In this document: positions 1 to 13,620 of the stretch, piece after piece
How the letters are laid out: each line of letters begins with the position of its first letter
How positions within the stretch are numbered: the first letter of the stretch is position 1
Source: Octopus bimaculoides
Taxonomy: Eukaryota
NCBI RefSeq assembly: GCF_001194135.2
Contig: NC_068982.1
Coordinates: forward strand, 3,091,329-3,128,193
Direction of reading: 5' to 3'
Length of the DNA stretch: 36,865 bases
Made by a program: the position numbers and the translations under genes
The notes under the pieces: generated by a model
The model's database searches: none
What the model saw: only the letters and a program-made list of their open reading frames with translations
Told to the model about the DNA's origin: nothing

Positions 1-2170
1 TTGTTGTTGTGTGTGCTTGTGTTGGTGTCTGGAGTGCTTTCGGGAGTTGTGTATCTCCCTGCTTTGTTTGTGTTTGCTTTTCTTTTCTTGCTCCTCTTCC
101 TCCTTCCTTTCTGGGCTATTTGCCAGTCCTCATTACTTTCGTCTTCCGACGAAGGTTCTGAGGAATCGGAAGGGGGCAGGGGCATGTGGTGTGGATCTGT
201 GTTTGTTTGTGTAAGTGGTTGTGTTGTTGTTTTTGTTGTTGTTGGTTGTTGACTTTCTGGTTGTGGTGTATGTGATGTGTTGGAAGTGGGATCAGTTTTT
301 GTATTGTCTTTTGGTTTTACTATTTCTTTAGTTCTTGATGTTGTAGGTGTTTTTCCGGATGCTGTTTTATGTTCGTTTGTTGGTGTTGTTGGATGTGTTT
401 CTTTCATTGCTTGTTTTCTGTGTTGATGGTGTTGTGGGTAGTAAAGGTTCCTTTTTCCTTCTACTCTTTCCTTGTTGTGGTTGTTGTTCTTGCTCTTGTT
501 GATTTTTCTTTGTTGTTGGGCAGTTAGTTCGGAGGTGCCCTTCTCTGCCACACAGGTAGCAGCGAGGCCTCCTGCCTTCTACCACTAGATAGAGAATATG
601 GCCGTCTGGCATATCAATATGGTGTGGGATGTTGCTTACTTGACTCTCATTGATTTGGAGCAATACTTCGATCCTTTTTCCGGACCATTTTAGTTCCTGA
701 TAAGTGGCATACTCGAGGATATTGAAGTCCTCTTCCATACGGTAACAAATGGCGGATAAAAGCCATTGTGCCTCTATTTCAGGAGGGATATTCCTTATTA
801 AAACTGTGGTNNNNNNNNNNNNNNNNNNNNNNNNNNNNNNNNNNNNNNNNNNNNNNNNNNNNNNNNNNNNNNNNNNNNNNNNNNNNNNNNNNNNNNNNNN
901 NNNNNNNNNNNNNNNNNNNNNNNNNNNNNNNNNNNNNNNNNNNNNNNNNNNNNNNNNNNNNNNNNNNNNNNNNNNNNNNNNNNNNNNNNNNNNNNNNNNN
1001 NNNNNNNNNNNNNNNNNNNNNNNNNNNNNNNNNNNNNNNNNNNNNNNNNNNNNNNNNNNNNNNNNNNNNNNNNNNNNNNNNNNNNNNNNNNNNNNNNNNN
1101 NNNNNNNNNNNNNNNNNNNNNNNNNNNNNNNNNNNNNNNNNNNNNNNNNNNNNNNNNNNNNNNNNNNNNNNNNNNNNNNNNNNNNNNNNNNNNNNNNNNN
1201 NNNNNNNNNNNNNNNNNNNNNNNNNNNNNNNNNNNNNNNNNNNNNNNNNNNNNNNNNNNNNNNNNNNNNNNNNNNNNNNNNNNNNNNNNNNNNNNNNNNN
1301 NNNNNNNNNNNNNNNNNNNNNNNNNNNNNNNNNNNNNNNNNNNNNNNNNNNNNNNNNNNNNNNNNNNNNNNNNNNNNNNNNNNNNNNNNNNNNNNNNNNN
1401 NNNNNNNNNNNNNNNNNNNNNNNNNNNNNNNNNNNNNNNNNNNNNNNNNNNNNNNNNNNNNNNNNNNNNNNNNNNNNNNNNNNNNNNNNNNNNNNNNNNN
1501 NNNNNNNNNNNNNNNNNNNNNNNNNNNNNNNNNNNNNNNNNNNNNNNNNNNNNNNNNNNNNNNNNNNNNNNNNNNNNNNNNNNNNNNNNNNNNNNNNNNN
1601 NNNNNNNNNNNNNNNNNNNNNNNNNNNNNNNNNNNNNNNNNNNNNNNNNNNNNNNNNNNNNNNNNNNNNNNNNNNNNNNNNNNNGGTGTTTTGTGGTATG
1701 TTTAGTTGTAGGCCTGAACCCTTTTCTGTTAAGAGGGCTTTGGTTTGCTTGATCTGCTCCGGTGTGAAATGTAGAAGTGTTTTTCTTTGTTTCAATGCTT
1801 CTGCAAAATTCGTGGTGGTGGTGTTGGTGGTGGTGCTGTTTGTAGTGGTGGCAGAGGCGTCCGTTGTAGTAGCTGACGGTAAGGCTGTGGTGGTGGCGGA
1901 GGTGTCCGTTGTAGCAGTTGACGGCGAAGCTGTCGTGGTGGTGTTGGTGTTTGTTTTTGAGGTCATAGCCTTTGAGACGGTGTTGTTGTTGTTGGTGTTG
2001 GTGATGGTGGTGGCGGTGTTAGCGTTCATGCTAACACTGACACCTGCTTGTGTGCTACTTCTTCCTTTGTTCCTGCCTTCGTGAAGTTGTGGGGAAGGCA
2101 GGGTAGGAAAGGTTATTGCGTACGAGTGGCCAAACAGACCGGCGTTCGTCACATGGCTTGGAATCGCCAT
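1..2170 (-). pseudogene. Gag-like ORF1 protein with CCHC zinc knuckle (frameshifted, gapped, 3'-incomplete)
   Basis: The track ORF 367-738 extends upstream in frame to the gap at 810. The C-terminal part is in another frame (...MKETHPTTPTNEHK...) that stays open to position 1, implying a frameshift at about 400-480. Frame continuity across the N gap cannot be checked. Confidence 0.7.
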
Positions 2171-2383
2171 TCTCAAAATAAAATGGCTAAGAAAGCCGAA
2201 AATAAGTTTTACAAAAATGGGGAATTCGCCACACAGGGCAGATTTCCCGTGCAAACAAGTTGCACAACTGAATATATCAGTTGTTGCACAGCTTTTGTGT
2301 ATAAAATATGACTGAGAAACAAACTTTTTAGAAGCAAAAAAGGCAAAACTTACGGAGCCGATGTGTCTACCGTCCGTCCATGT

Positions 2384-2384
<1 letters not shown>
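1..2384 (-). mobile_element. L1/Tx1-type non-LTR retrotransposon 5' part: ~215-nt 5' UTR plus Gag-like ORF1, interrupted by an assembly gap and running off the window edge
   Basis: Minus-strand frame from ATG at 2170 (MAIPSH...Thr-rich...NFAEALKQRK). After the gap: TTVLIRNIPPEIEAQWLL...VVEGRRPRCYLCGREGHLRTNCP (RRM-like start plus CX2CX4HX4C knuckle). After a frameshift a low-complexity tail continues to base 1 (DSSEPSSEDESNEDWQIAQKGRRKRSKKRK). This architecture is typical of Tx1-clade ORF1. Confidence 0.8.

Positions 2385-2440
<56 letters not shown>
2385..2440. repeat. (GATA)n microsatellite flanked by a 7-bp direct repeat CATGTTA
   Basis: About 14 GATA units; CATGTTA at 2379-2385 and 2441-2447. 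Confidence 0.95.
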
Positions 2441-2848
2441 CATGTTACAAACGAAAGAAAAAGTTTCCTTCAATCGGGTGTAAAACATCCAATTCACGAA
2501 TACGACAGTTGAATACCATAGAAATAGGGATATAAATACAAAATACAAACAATAAATAGAGAAATACGATTGACAATCTATTTATAAATATATAAATTTT
2601 TACCTACAATTTTTTTCCTCTGATCAATTAATTTAGCATTTCTTCAAGAAATTATTTGTTTAAGTATGAATAACTAGATTACAACAACAATTATTATATA
2701 TAATTATATAATTTTGCAATAATTGTAAATATGTGTATTAAGTGTGATACAAAATAAGCTGAATAATTTTAATAATATTTTTTGTAATATTATGTGCTTT
2801 GAAACTTGTATTCTTATTGCAAGACTTTAATTTCGTTACTTCTTTCGT

Positions 2849-5181
<2,333 letters not shown>

Positions 5182-5650
5182 CTGGAAAAAATATCTCAGT
5201 CATTAGTAATTTACTCAATTTTAACTATTCATATAATTTTTATGTATGTAACAGATGTATACTGCTATTTTGTTATGGCAGTTAAATATGTAGCAGGACT
5301 CTCTGTTGTGAGAAACATTGTATCTGCTGTCAACTGTATGACTGACAATTTGCACAGCAGTATCTATCGTTTTCTACATATTGAATATCCATCAACATTT
5401 TAGTTGTGCTCTTCTATTTCATTATGGATATTTCAATTGCATACATTATTGCTCATGCATAGTGCATTTGGTTTTCAACGAAAACGTGAGTCACGGATTT
5501 CTTAAAGATTTTTCGGATCGTTTACTCAGTCCATGGATCAATATACGTGATCACTACTTTGTCTCTATACTTGGTTCATTAAATCTATCTTCTTCACCCA
5601 TTCTGATCACAATATAATTATCTTCAAATCCTTGTTTCCGAAAATTTAGT

Positions 5651-5973
5651 GAAGGCGTATGGGCTAATAGTTTGGGTATTCGGCTTGCAGTCGTAAGGTC
5701 TTGAGTTCCATTGCTAGAGATGCAGTTTGTCCGTGAGCAAAGCACTTTATTTTCATGTTGCTCCAGTTCACGCAGCTGGCAAAAATGAATAGTACCTGTA
5801 ATTCAATGGGCCGGTATAAGTACCCTCCATGTCACGCTGGATCTCGCTGACAATTAAGTTATGGGTACGCGTTTCTGTGGAGTACTCAGCCACTTGCACG
5901 TTAATTTCACGAGTAGGCAGTTCCGTTGATCGCATCAACTAGAACCCTCGTCATCGTAACTGACGGAGGACCA
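5651..5973 (+). mobile_element. tRNA-derived SINE (degenerate copy)
   Basis: Degenerate A/B-box head. The 3' domain matches 32005-32150, including an identical 29-mer CTCAGCCACTTGCACGTTAATTTCACGAG (5885-5913 and 32062-32090). The central part resembles the SINE at 17375. Confidence 0.8.
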
Positions 5974-7609
5974 GTATCTGGAAACATAGATAACAAATGC
6001 TTTAACATTTTTAATGTATTATTTTCCAAGATTCTTCCAAATATTCTTGTCATTTGATCACAATAATATTAAACTGATCCGTCTGAAAGGAATTATCTTT
6101 TCTCTAATTACATCCAAAGAAGGATTGCATGTTAAATATATATCAAGGAAATAATATCAGGTTTTCCTCTAGTTTCTTCATTACGAGACTAAACACGAAA
6201 ATCACGTCCAACGTCACGTTAAGCCTCGCATTCCTGAATATTGCCAGTTCATTCATAGTCGAAGAGGTAACATTTACGGTTATTGTTTAAATCGAAAGAA
6301 AGCCCACAATACAGAAGAGGGATCCGATGAAGGTAGTGGTATTGAAAAGAAAAGGGTGTGTGAGGAAGTGGATGCTCGAGTAGGGGAGGGATCCCGCTGG
6401 GAAATGAGGGATAGGGGAGAAGGAAATGTAGACAAATAGCATATCATTCAGTTTAACTGCTTTTGGCAAATCTGTGACATAAACTAAATAAACAGAGGTG
6501 GGTGTCATTATGCGAATATTAAACTTGGAGAAAATTACTAATGACCTTGATACTCATTAGCGTGAACCCTCTTAAAAACTTAAATACGAGCTGTAATGAA
6601 GTTCCTGAAAATATTACTGCACCCATTCATTTCCTTAAAGATTCATGCAACGACAAAATAAAGGTATGCTCCAAAGGAATTGCCATATCACCAGCAACAT
6701 TATCAAGATAATATGGAAACCTCTAAGGTTGTTCATACAAAGACACTCTTGCTGGTTTCACACAGAACAGAAGCTATTTGCCTAAAGATGGCGGCGAACA
6801 AACCAGAGTGAAATTCTTTAGTAGAGAAATGAATTTTATTCTACTGTTAGGCAACCTTGTTTTACAAAATCATAATACTAGGTGAATCTAAAGTTGCAAA
6901 CCAGTCCAATTTTATTGTTCAATATCAGGGGTCAGTTCTGGTTTACCAGAGGGATAGGATGAATACGTAAGTCACGAGCTCAGAATAAGAACTCACTGTT
7001 CACAAATATATGACATGAATTTCTTGATTATGGGAGTAAACACGAAAGCCTTGTCGAAAAATAAGGGTCACCCTCAGTATTCTTCAAAATTATTGCAAAT
7101 TCATTCACATTTAGCAGGATATAATATCATTGGTTGTTATGTTGCCCTCCCTTGAAAACCATATTGTCTAATGAGGTTAGACTAGTATTTTAGGCTGGCC
7201 ATTGAGTTACTCTTTTTCCATCTTCAAATATTTTCACGTGAAAGTATAAACAATAATTGCAAACTGATGTTTACTTCTCAAGAAGTCATACTTTCAAGCA
7301 TGTCTTGTTATTCTGACTCATGAATTTACTGTCAGTGATTATCTTCGAATCAACCCCGTACAGATGGAAATATTTTCGAAATCACCACCAATAAGATGAA
7401 TATTTCCGGTAATTGTATGCACATGGCCATGAACGCAAAAACAATGCAATGCATATCCTGTGATATTATTATGTGAGGTCCCATTTTAACCAAGGGATTG
7501 ACGATTTAATGTTGTCTTTGTATTATAATTAGGATATCAAGAATTGCATAAATTTACAAAGATACGGATTAGTACTTTTCGTTTTCTTTTATATTCGTGA
7601 GAGAACTTA

Positions 7610-8200
7610 CAGGATTTGCCACCGCCGTCCCTCTCGGTTTCCATCTCTCCATTCTGCCCATCCTACCGAGTGCAATCCAGCCATCTCGGCTCCCAGTTCT
7701 TACTTCATTCACTCTTTCATAATATGAAGGTCTCTCAAAACCTACGCTATCACCTTATCTACATTTTGTCGTCCCCTACTCATCGTTCCCCATCTGGATT
7801 CATCTGCATAGGGTCTCGCTTCCACAACTTTCTCTTTACTATATCCAATCTTCCTCACTGGATCCATTCTTTGTATCTTCTACATTATGGATACTCTCTG
7901 TTGTATCTCCACCGACGTTTCGTTTGCTCACCAATATTGCTTCTGCGATTCAAAGTGCTTTGAATGAAATGTCCGATGGTTACCCGACAGTTTCGCGCAG
8001 CACCTCCCACTAACAAGCAATCAATTGCTGGTTGTTCTACATTTTCCCTTCTCCGACCACACCATTAAACACAACTTTTGGTCTTCATCTTGTCCTGCAA
8101 CGCCTCTTCTGTCTCCCAATCTACTAAACCTGCATTTCTATCACCGCCACCTACAGTTTACTCCAGAAATACTGATATGTGCCTCTCTGATATCCTCTCT
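7610..8200 (+). mobile_element. Degraded Penelope-like element, GIY-YIG endonuclease region
   Basis: Translation ...FLTGSILCIFYIMDTLCCISTDVSFAHQYCFCDSKCFE*NVRWLPDSFAQHL...HFPFSDHTIKH resembles the PLE pattern C.S..V.Y.I.C..C...YIG.T.R.L..RF.EHL...HF...H. Recognised by eye; heavily mutated. Confidence 0.5.
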
Positions 8201-8484
8201 TGCCTTCCCTCCCGCAGTCCAATGCCTACCCAAATCCTCACCATGTTCTTCCCCATCCATACTTGCCTCTCACCAACCCAAAACTACTACACACCTTTCA
8301 CATATATTCTACTCACACCTTACACACACACGCACTCACACACTGTCCCTACTCCCCCTGCGCACTGAATAAAAAGTCTCTTGCACACGCACTTATACAT
8401 ACATGCTAATAGTACACCTTTCCACACTACCATTCATCTACCACTTTGTGACTGCGATGCACAAACACACATATTTACTCGTTG

Positions 8485-8486
<2 letters not shown>

Positions 8487-8532
<46 letters not shown>

Positions 8533-8543
8533 GCACGCACACA
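8487..8543. repeat. (CA)n microsatellite
   Basis: Visible tandem repeat. Confidence 0.95.
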
Positions 8544-10078
8544 GATTCATTCTTTGGCAAAAAATACTTTTTATTCACGCATAGAACCTCTTCTTATTCT
8601 TACCTTTTCGACTCGTCGCCTCCGGGGTTGTTGAATCAAATCCACTTCCGGTCGCTTCCCAATCTCTAAAAAGAAATAAAGAAAGCAATGTGTGCTTACA
8701 CTCCTTCTATCGTTTACACACATGAATTAACACAAACCTTTCTTACCTCCCTGCATCTAGGCTCTTTCACTCTCTTCTTTTACTTTTATGCTCTTCTCGG
8801 ATTCTTACAATCATCCTCAACTTTTACCACAATCTTTATCTTTTACAATCTCCAATTTTTCTTCTCTAAAAAGATTTTTTAATCCTTCACTCATTTTTTT
8901 ACTGCTTCACACACACAAAAAGGATTTTCCCTCACTGCCACTACTTAGAAGTGTATTTCTGTATATACTGATCACATCAAATTCTTACTAATTCAACTGA
9001 ATATGATTCGATGATAAAATCTGACAAGATCGAAACGCGCTGCTTTCATCACTTACATGCCTATATCAATCCCTAAATTAATTTTCTTTGTTTTTGAAAG
9101 CGTTTGGTTATATCATATTACAGGAATTATCTCCTTTGATTATCTCAGTGTTTATTTAGTATATAGAATGTGCACCTGAGTTATCTTCTCTCAGTCATTT
9201 CGGTGCTATTTTTAGTAGCTTGGTTAAGTAAGACGACTATAAATACAGATCACATTTGCACCTATGCACCGCATGGTTAGAGACATCTTTCGATCATAGT
9301 GATAGTGGTAGCAATAGTTATAGAGACGTCAAATACGACGGAGATAATACTGATGATTAGAAGACAACATATATTTCTTTAATTGTCACATTGATATATC
9401 ACATATACACGTATGAAACAACTTTAGGCAATTGACAGGTGTATAGAATGTGATGGGGGGGGGGACAATGAAAGGTGAGAGGAGAGAAAAGACTATGAAA
9501 ACCATTTAATTCTAGCAAGGTTTGTATTGGAAATTGCTATTGTGGACGACGCGCTAGACACGCTGGAAGATAATCACTATAAGAGACAGCACACAGAAAG
9601 AGTATAAAGAAGAAGCAATGTAAAAATAAAACCTTTATAAAATTATGTATAAATTTTATTCCGTCTTTCCTTTGCAATTTGCAACTAAGCAGTCTGTTTT
9701 CCTCCTCTGTTGCGCTATTGAATCTTTAAAGTGGTGGAAACATAGCAATTATATACAAAATAATCGATTTTTCTCATACAAAATATTGATAATGCTGTGT
9801 AGAAGGCGTCAACAAAGTAGAAAACAAAACATAGAAATTTTGATTTAAATATTGTTTAATTTGTTGTCTTAATGCAGTTATTTTTGTAGCTGTAATATTG
9901 TTTTTTTTATTCATTTGTTTCTGTACTTTTTGTTGTATGTATTTTTGTGTTTGATTTTATGTTTAACAATTCATTACCGACACTTATTTTCACTAGAGTT
10001 AATTTATTAACTATGTCTATGGTTGGCTTTTATCTCATTTATTAGTTATATCTAATTGTTAACGTTCACGTACACAAC

Positions 10079-10114
<36 letters not shown>

Positions 10115-11196
10115 ATTTGTCTGTATATCTATATATGTATCGTACAGATCTATATATCACTCTGGCTTTTCGGTTCTCTTTCTTAGTCTCTCACTTTCAT
10201 TTACTATAGGAAATATATAAGAAATTAAAACAAAATAATAGAAAAAAGAACAGAAACGAAAAGAAAGAGTAAAATGGCATTAATCAAACTATACTGACAT
10301 CCATGGAGACAACCAATTAAATATTACATATTGTTTCTGCGCTTGTATTTAGTCACGCAGGGAATGGAATAGAAATATCACTGCGCTTAGTTTTGCCTAT
10401 TGTATTCTTCTGTATCTTTACATTCTCCTATTATTCCTTACCTCTTCCTCCGCCCTTCTGAAACATTTTAAATGCAAGTAATTAGTGCATGCTTGTTCAT
10501 GTTTGTTCATGTTTGCCGGTTTTTAATGGTTCCACATACGTTTCTCTACTCTACAGGCAGTCAATCTGGATTAGAAGTCAGAGCTCTCCAGAACAGTCTA
10601 TGTTAACAATGCGTTGTTATAAGAGACACAGCAATGGGGGAAATAAAGAGAGAACAGAGGGAAGGAGAATTGAAAGATGAAAACGAAAAGGAACAAGCAA
10701 TCTCGCAATGGTGGATTCCATCGACGTTATACTCATTAATGATGGTATATTGCAGACATGAATTAATGAAGCATGTATTGTAGTAAGGGTGAATGGGAAT
10801 ATTTGTGCCGATATCAAACTAAGGAAAGTACTAACCTTCCATTATCACGTAAGATCTGATTGTTGAGGAAGGAAGGAAGGAGAATTGCGTCAGAATTTGA
10901 AACCTTTCTTTATCTCTTCCTCTTGTACACTACATACAAACATACATGTCGTCACTCACACCGGCAAACGCACACATATTTATACATATATGTATATATT
11001 CATACTTCCACGTTCGCATGCATTTATGCATACAACAGGCATCGTAAAATCGGCGTCGCACGCTTATTTTTTCGTTTATTTTTCTGTGACACTTTATAAA
11101 CTTTCGTTTCATTGTCATTACGACATTTTCACTCACACGTTTCGCTTGTCTGGCTCTAGGTATTAGCTTTTTGCTAGTCTGTTCTTTACCTCATAA

Positions 11197-11770
11197 CACT
11201 AGGGAACGTTTCAAAAAAAAAAATTTAGTCGTCTTGCTTTATACAATTAGTCCTACTTAATTTGATGGTGTTGGGTTCAGAAATAACCCCATAAAATTTC
11301 TATCACGTCAAGTTTTTTTGTTAAACAGGAATTCATTTTTGACCAAAATATATCAATTTTGCCATTAAATGCAAGACTGAAAAAAGAAACGGACACAAAC
11401 CAAGAAGTACTTTTTATTGTTTAACAGATATATTACACAAAATGTTTAATTACACATCTTAGAATAAATATTTCTGTCAAACTGGAGTTTGAACTACTCA
11501 AGGAATGAACATGCCCTTTGCTGCTTTATGCGACTAAATAGCACCATGACAGTCTCTTTGCAGTGATCAGGAGTAGACAGCGTCATGTTGGTGTTCCGCC
11601 TGCCTCGGTACCCAGTCCCCATGTTCTCGATGTCTTGACGGACACTGTTTCCCTGCTCATCACTGTTGCTTCAGGATTTTCAAGGAAGTAGTCCAGGTGA
11701 CTGTGCATGAAATGCACATTTACACTCATGTTGCAGCCCAGTGCTCGAAACCTGGTTAACAGTTTTGACC
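11197..11770 (-). mobile_element. CMC/Chapaev-3-like DNA transposon: transposase C-terminus and one terminus
   Basis: Minus strand KLLTRFRALGCNMSVNVHFMHSHLDYFLENPEA, then after a frameshift SDEQGNSVRQDIENMGTGYRGRRNTNM. This matches the GCNMS.K.HF.HSHLD.FP.N.G..SDE.GERFHQDI pattern I associate with Chapaev-3 transposases. A terminus CACTAGGGAAC starts at 11197. The family name is from memory. Confidence 0.7.
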
Positions 11771-12790
11771 CTGTGGATCCCATCGGCCGCAACAGATCTG
11801 GTTTTTCCAGATTTGTTTTAAATGGCTGGCTGCAGGTATCCGGTGATACTTGAGGGACGCCCCCACCCCCGAAGGACACTCCTACCTGGAGCCAGGCTAC
11901 ATCAAAAAGAACTGCCCCCAGGACCATGGTAAGGTCCTGGAACAGTTACTGGAAGCCACCTCCCCTACCCGGTCAAAGGGAGGGGTGGATGTGGTTGAGG
12001 AGACTTCAGCCTCCTCAACCGAAAAAGGATCAAAAAGGAAAAAAGTGGGCAACAATGGTTGCCCGCCGAAGGACCCTAAGGCTTCTGGAAGTGAGGGAGA
12101 GACTCCCGACAAAGCGGAAGAGCTCCACTCTCCCGAAGTCAGGAAGAAAAGGAAAAAAGGACGGGTCATTGCAGGTGCACGATGATGTGTCGTCTGGATG
12201 TCCCGGAGATCCGTCAGTGGAAGTTGTGCCACTGGCGAGGGAAGAGCCTTCGTCGGTGGGAATTATGCCACCGACGGGGGAAGAAACGACCCCCACTCTT
12301 AAAGATGAAGAATTACTTATCTTCTTCTACAAGGGTCGGAAGGTGGAAAAAATAGTGGAGGAACACAAAGAGACAGTAGATATAGCCTGCACACGGGATC
12401 CCGAATGGCCTCCGCAGATAGCTGTGGAGGTCATAAGGTTTTCCTTGTAGGAAAACCTGAAAAGACTAAAAGAGGAATGTCGCATATTGCCGGGTGGCCC
12501 TAACATGACATGTGCTTTGTACATGAATGAGGCATGGGAAATGGCGGGGTACGGGACCATAAGCGACAATGAAAATAATGATGGATGTAGTGATGGATAT
12601 ATTGATGAGTATGAGGTGGAAAAGCCTCGTTAGTATTAAATAGTAAAAGGGTTTGAAACGTCATCCTATTTAATTTAAACGCATTACTTATAGTGGTTTA
12701 AAACCTCAATTGTGTGTGTGTGTTTTTAGTGCCTCCTTTTTGTAAGAGGATTGAAACCTCATATTGATTTAAAAACAAAGAAAATATGTT
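11771..12790 (+). mobile_element. 5'-truncated Tx1-like ORF1 element with no ORF2 downstream (HAL1-like candidate)
   Basis: FPDLF*MAGCRYPVILEGRP, frameshift, then EGHSYLEPGYIKKNCP, aligning with IPHHIDMPDGHILYLVVEGRRPRCYLCGREGHLRTNCP of the first element. A GKKWATMVARRR basic patch follows. The frame 11926-12633 has one internal TAG (12448-12450), then ~160 nt of AT-rich UTR-like sequence. Confidence 0.6.
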
Positions 12791-12932
12791 TTCGAGAAAA
12801 ATCCAATCAGCGGGTGTTGGGTTTCGTCTCTCATCTATTCATTTTATTTCATTTTCATTCATTAATGTGTTTGTCCAGCCCGCAAATAAAATGAAATAAA
12901 TTAGCTTGCTTACCAACCATATNNNNNNNNNN

Positions 12933-13002
12933 TATATATATATATGTTGTTGTACTTGGGGATGGTCATATTGCCAGTTTACCCAATATATATATGTGTA
13001 TG

Positions 13003-13034
<32 letters not shown>

Positions 13035-13065
13035 TGTATGTATGCGTGTGTGTGTGTGTGTGCAT
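12933..13065. repeat. Compound (TA)n/(TATG)n/(TG)n microsatellite
   Basis: Visible tandem repeats next to a small gap. Confidence 0.9.
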
Positions 13066-13067
13066 AT

Positions 13068-13270
13068 GTTCGTGTGTCCACGCACCATCACTTGACAACC
13101 GATGTTGGCGTGTTTACGTCCCTCTAACTTAGTGGTTCGATAAAAAGAGACCGATAGAACAAATACTGGACTTACAAAGAATAAGTCCTGGGGCCCAATT
13201 GTTCGATTAAAAGTGGTACTGCAACATGGCCGCAGTCAGATGACAAACTATTAAAAGAATAAAAAAGAAT
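13068..13270 (+). mobile_element. SINE 3' half
   Basis: Homologous to the minus-strand copy at 29185-29385 (shared AAAAGAGACCGA; GTGGTACTGCAACATGGCCGC vs GCGGTGCTCCGGCTAGGCCGC). Ends in an A-rich (AAAAGAAT) tail. Confidence 0.75.
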
Positions 13271-13439
13271 GAGAGAATATATATATATAAATATATATAC
13301 GTATATTTATATTTATATACATATCACTGCTTAACACACTTACCTCGTCTCTCTCTCCCTCTCCCTGTGTCTGTATATATATATGTGTGTGTATGTCTGT
13401 GTGTATACAGTTATCTCGCCATGTTGGACCGTTGAACGT

Positions 13440-13620
13440 TTCACATTTTATTCTCCGTTTCTTCCATTTTCCCTCCACTTTTCTCCTCGTATTCCTTCCT
13501 GTTGAAGAGCGTAGGCTCGCAATGTAAAATACTTTCCCATTTTTTCCGAGCGTTAAACTAATACACCTGCTTGTTACTCCAACACCTCTCTTCGTCTTTT
13601 GTTTCCTGTAAATTTGAACT
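13440..13620 (+). mobile_element. Possible Penelope-like terminal repeat relic
   Basis: CCTGTTGA-AGAGC-GTAG-GCTC-GCAA resembles a mutated hammerhead core around an intact GAGC/GCTC hairpin, followed by T-rich sequence. Confidence 0.35.

Noticed and set aside
749-2548. Long track ORFs spanning N runs (also 33241-34207 and 34808-35938)
   Set aside because: Their length is an artefact of translating Ns as X; only the flanking Tx1 ORF1 segments are meaningful.
6290-6440. Minus-strand THPFLFNTTTFIG as a Penelope fragment
   Set aside because: Too short and low in complexity to support a call.
6595-6890. ~95-codon plus-strand frame with two stops (NEVPENITAPIHF...)
   Set aside because: Within chance expectation across six frames; no homology recognised.
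10557-10781. Acceptor-to-donor segment with one in-frame TAA (SQSGLEVRALQ...WWIPSTLY...)
   Set aside because: Contains a stop, the donor is weak and no family was recognised.
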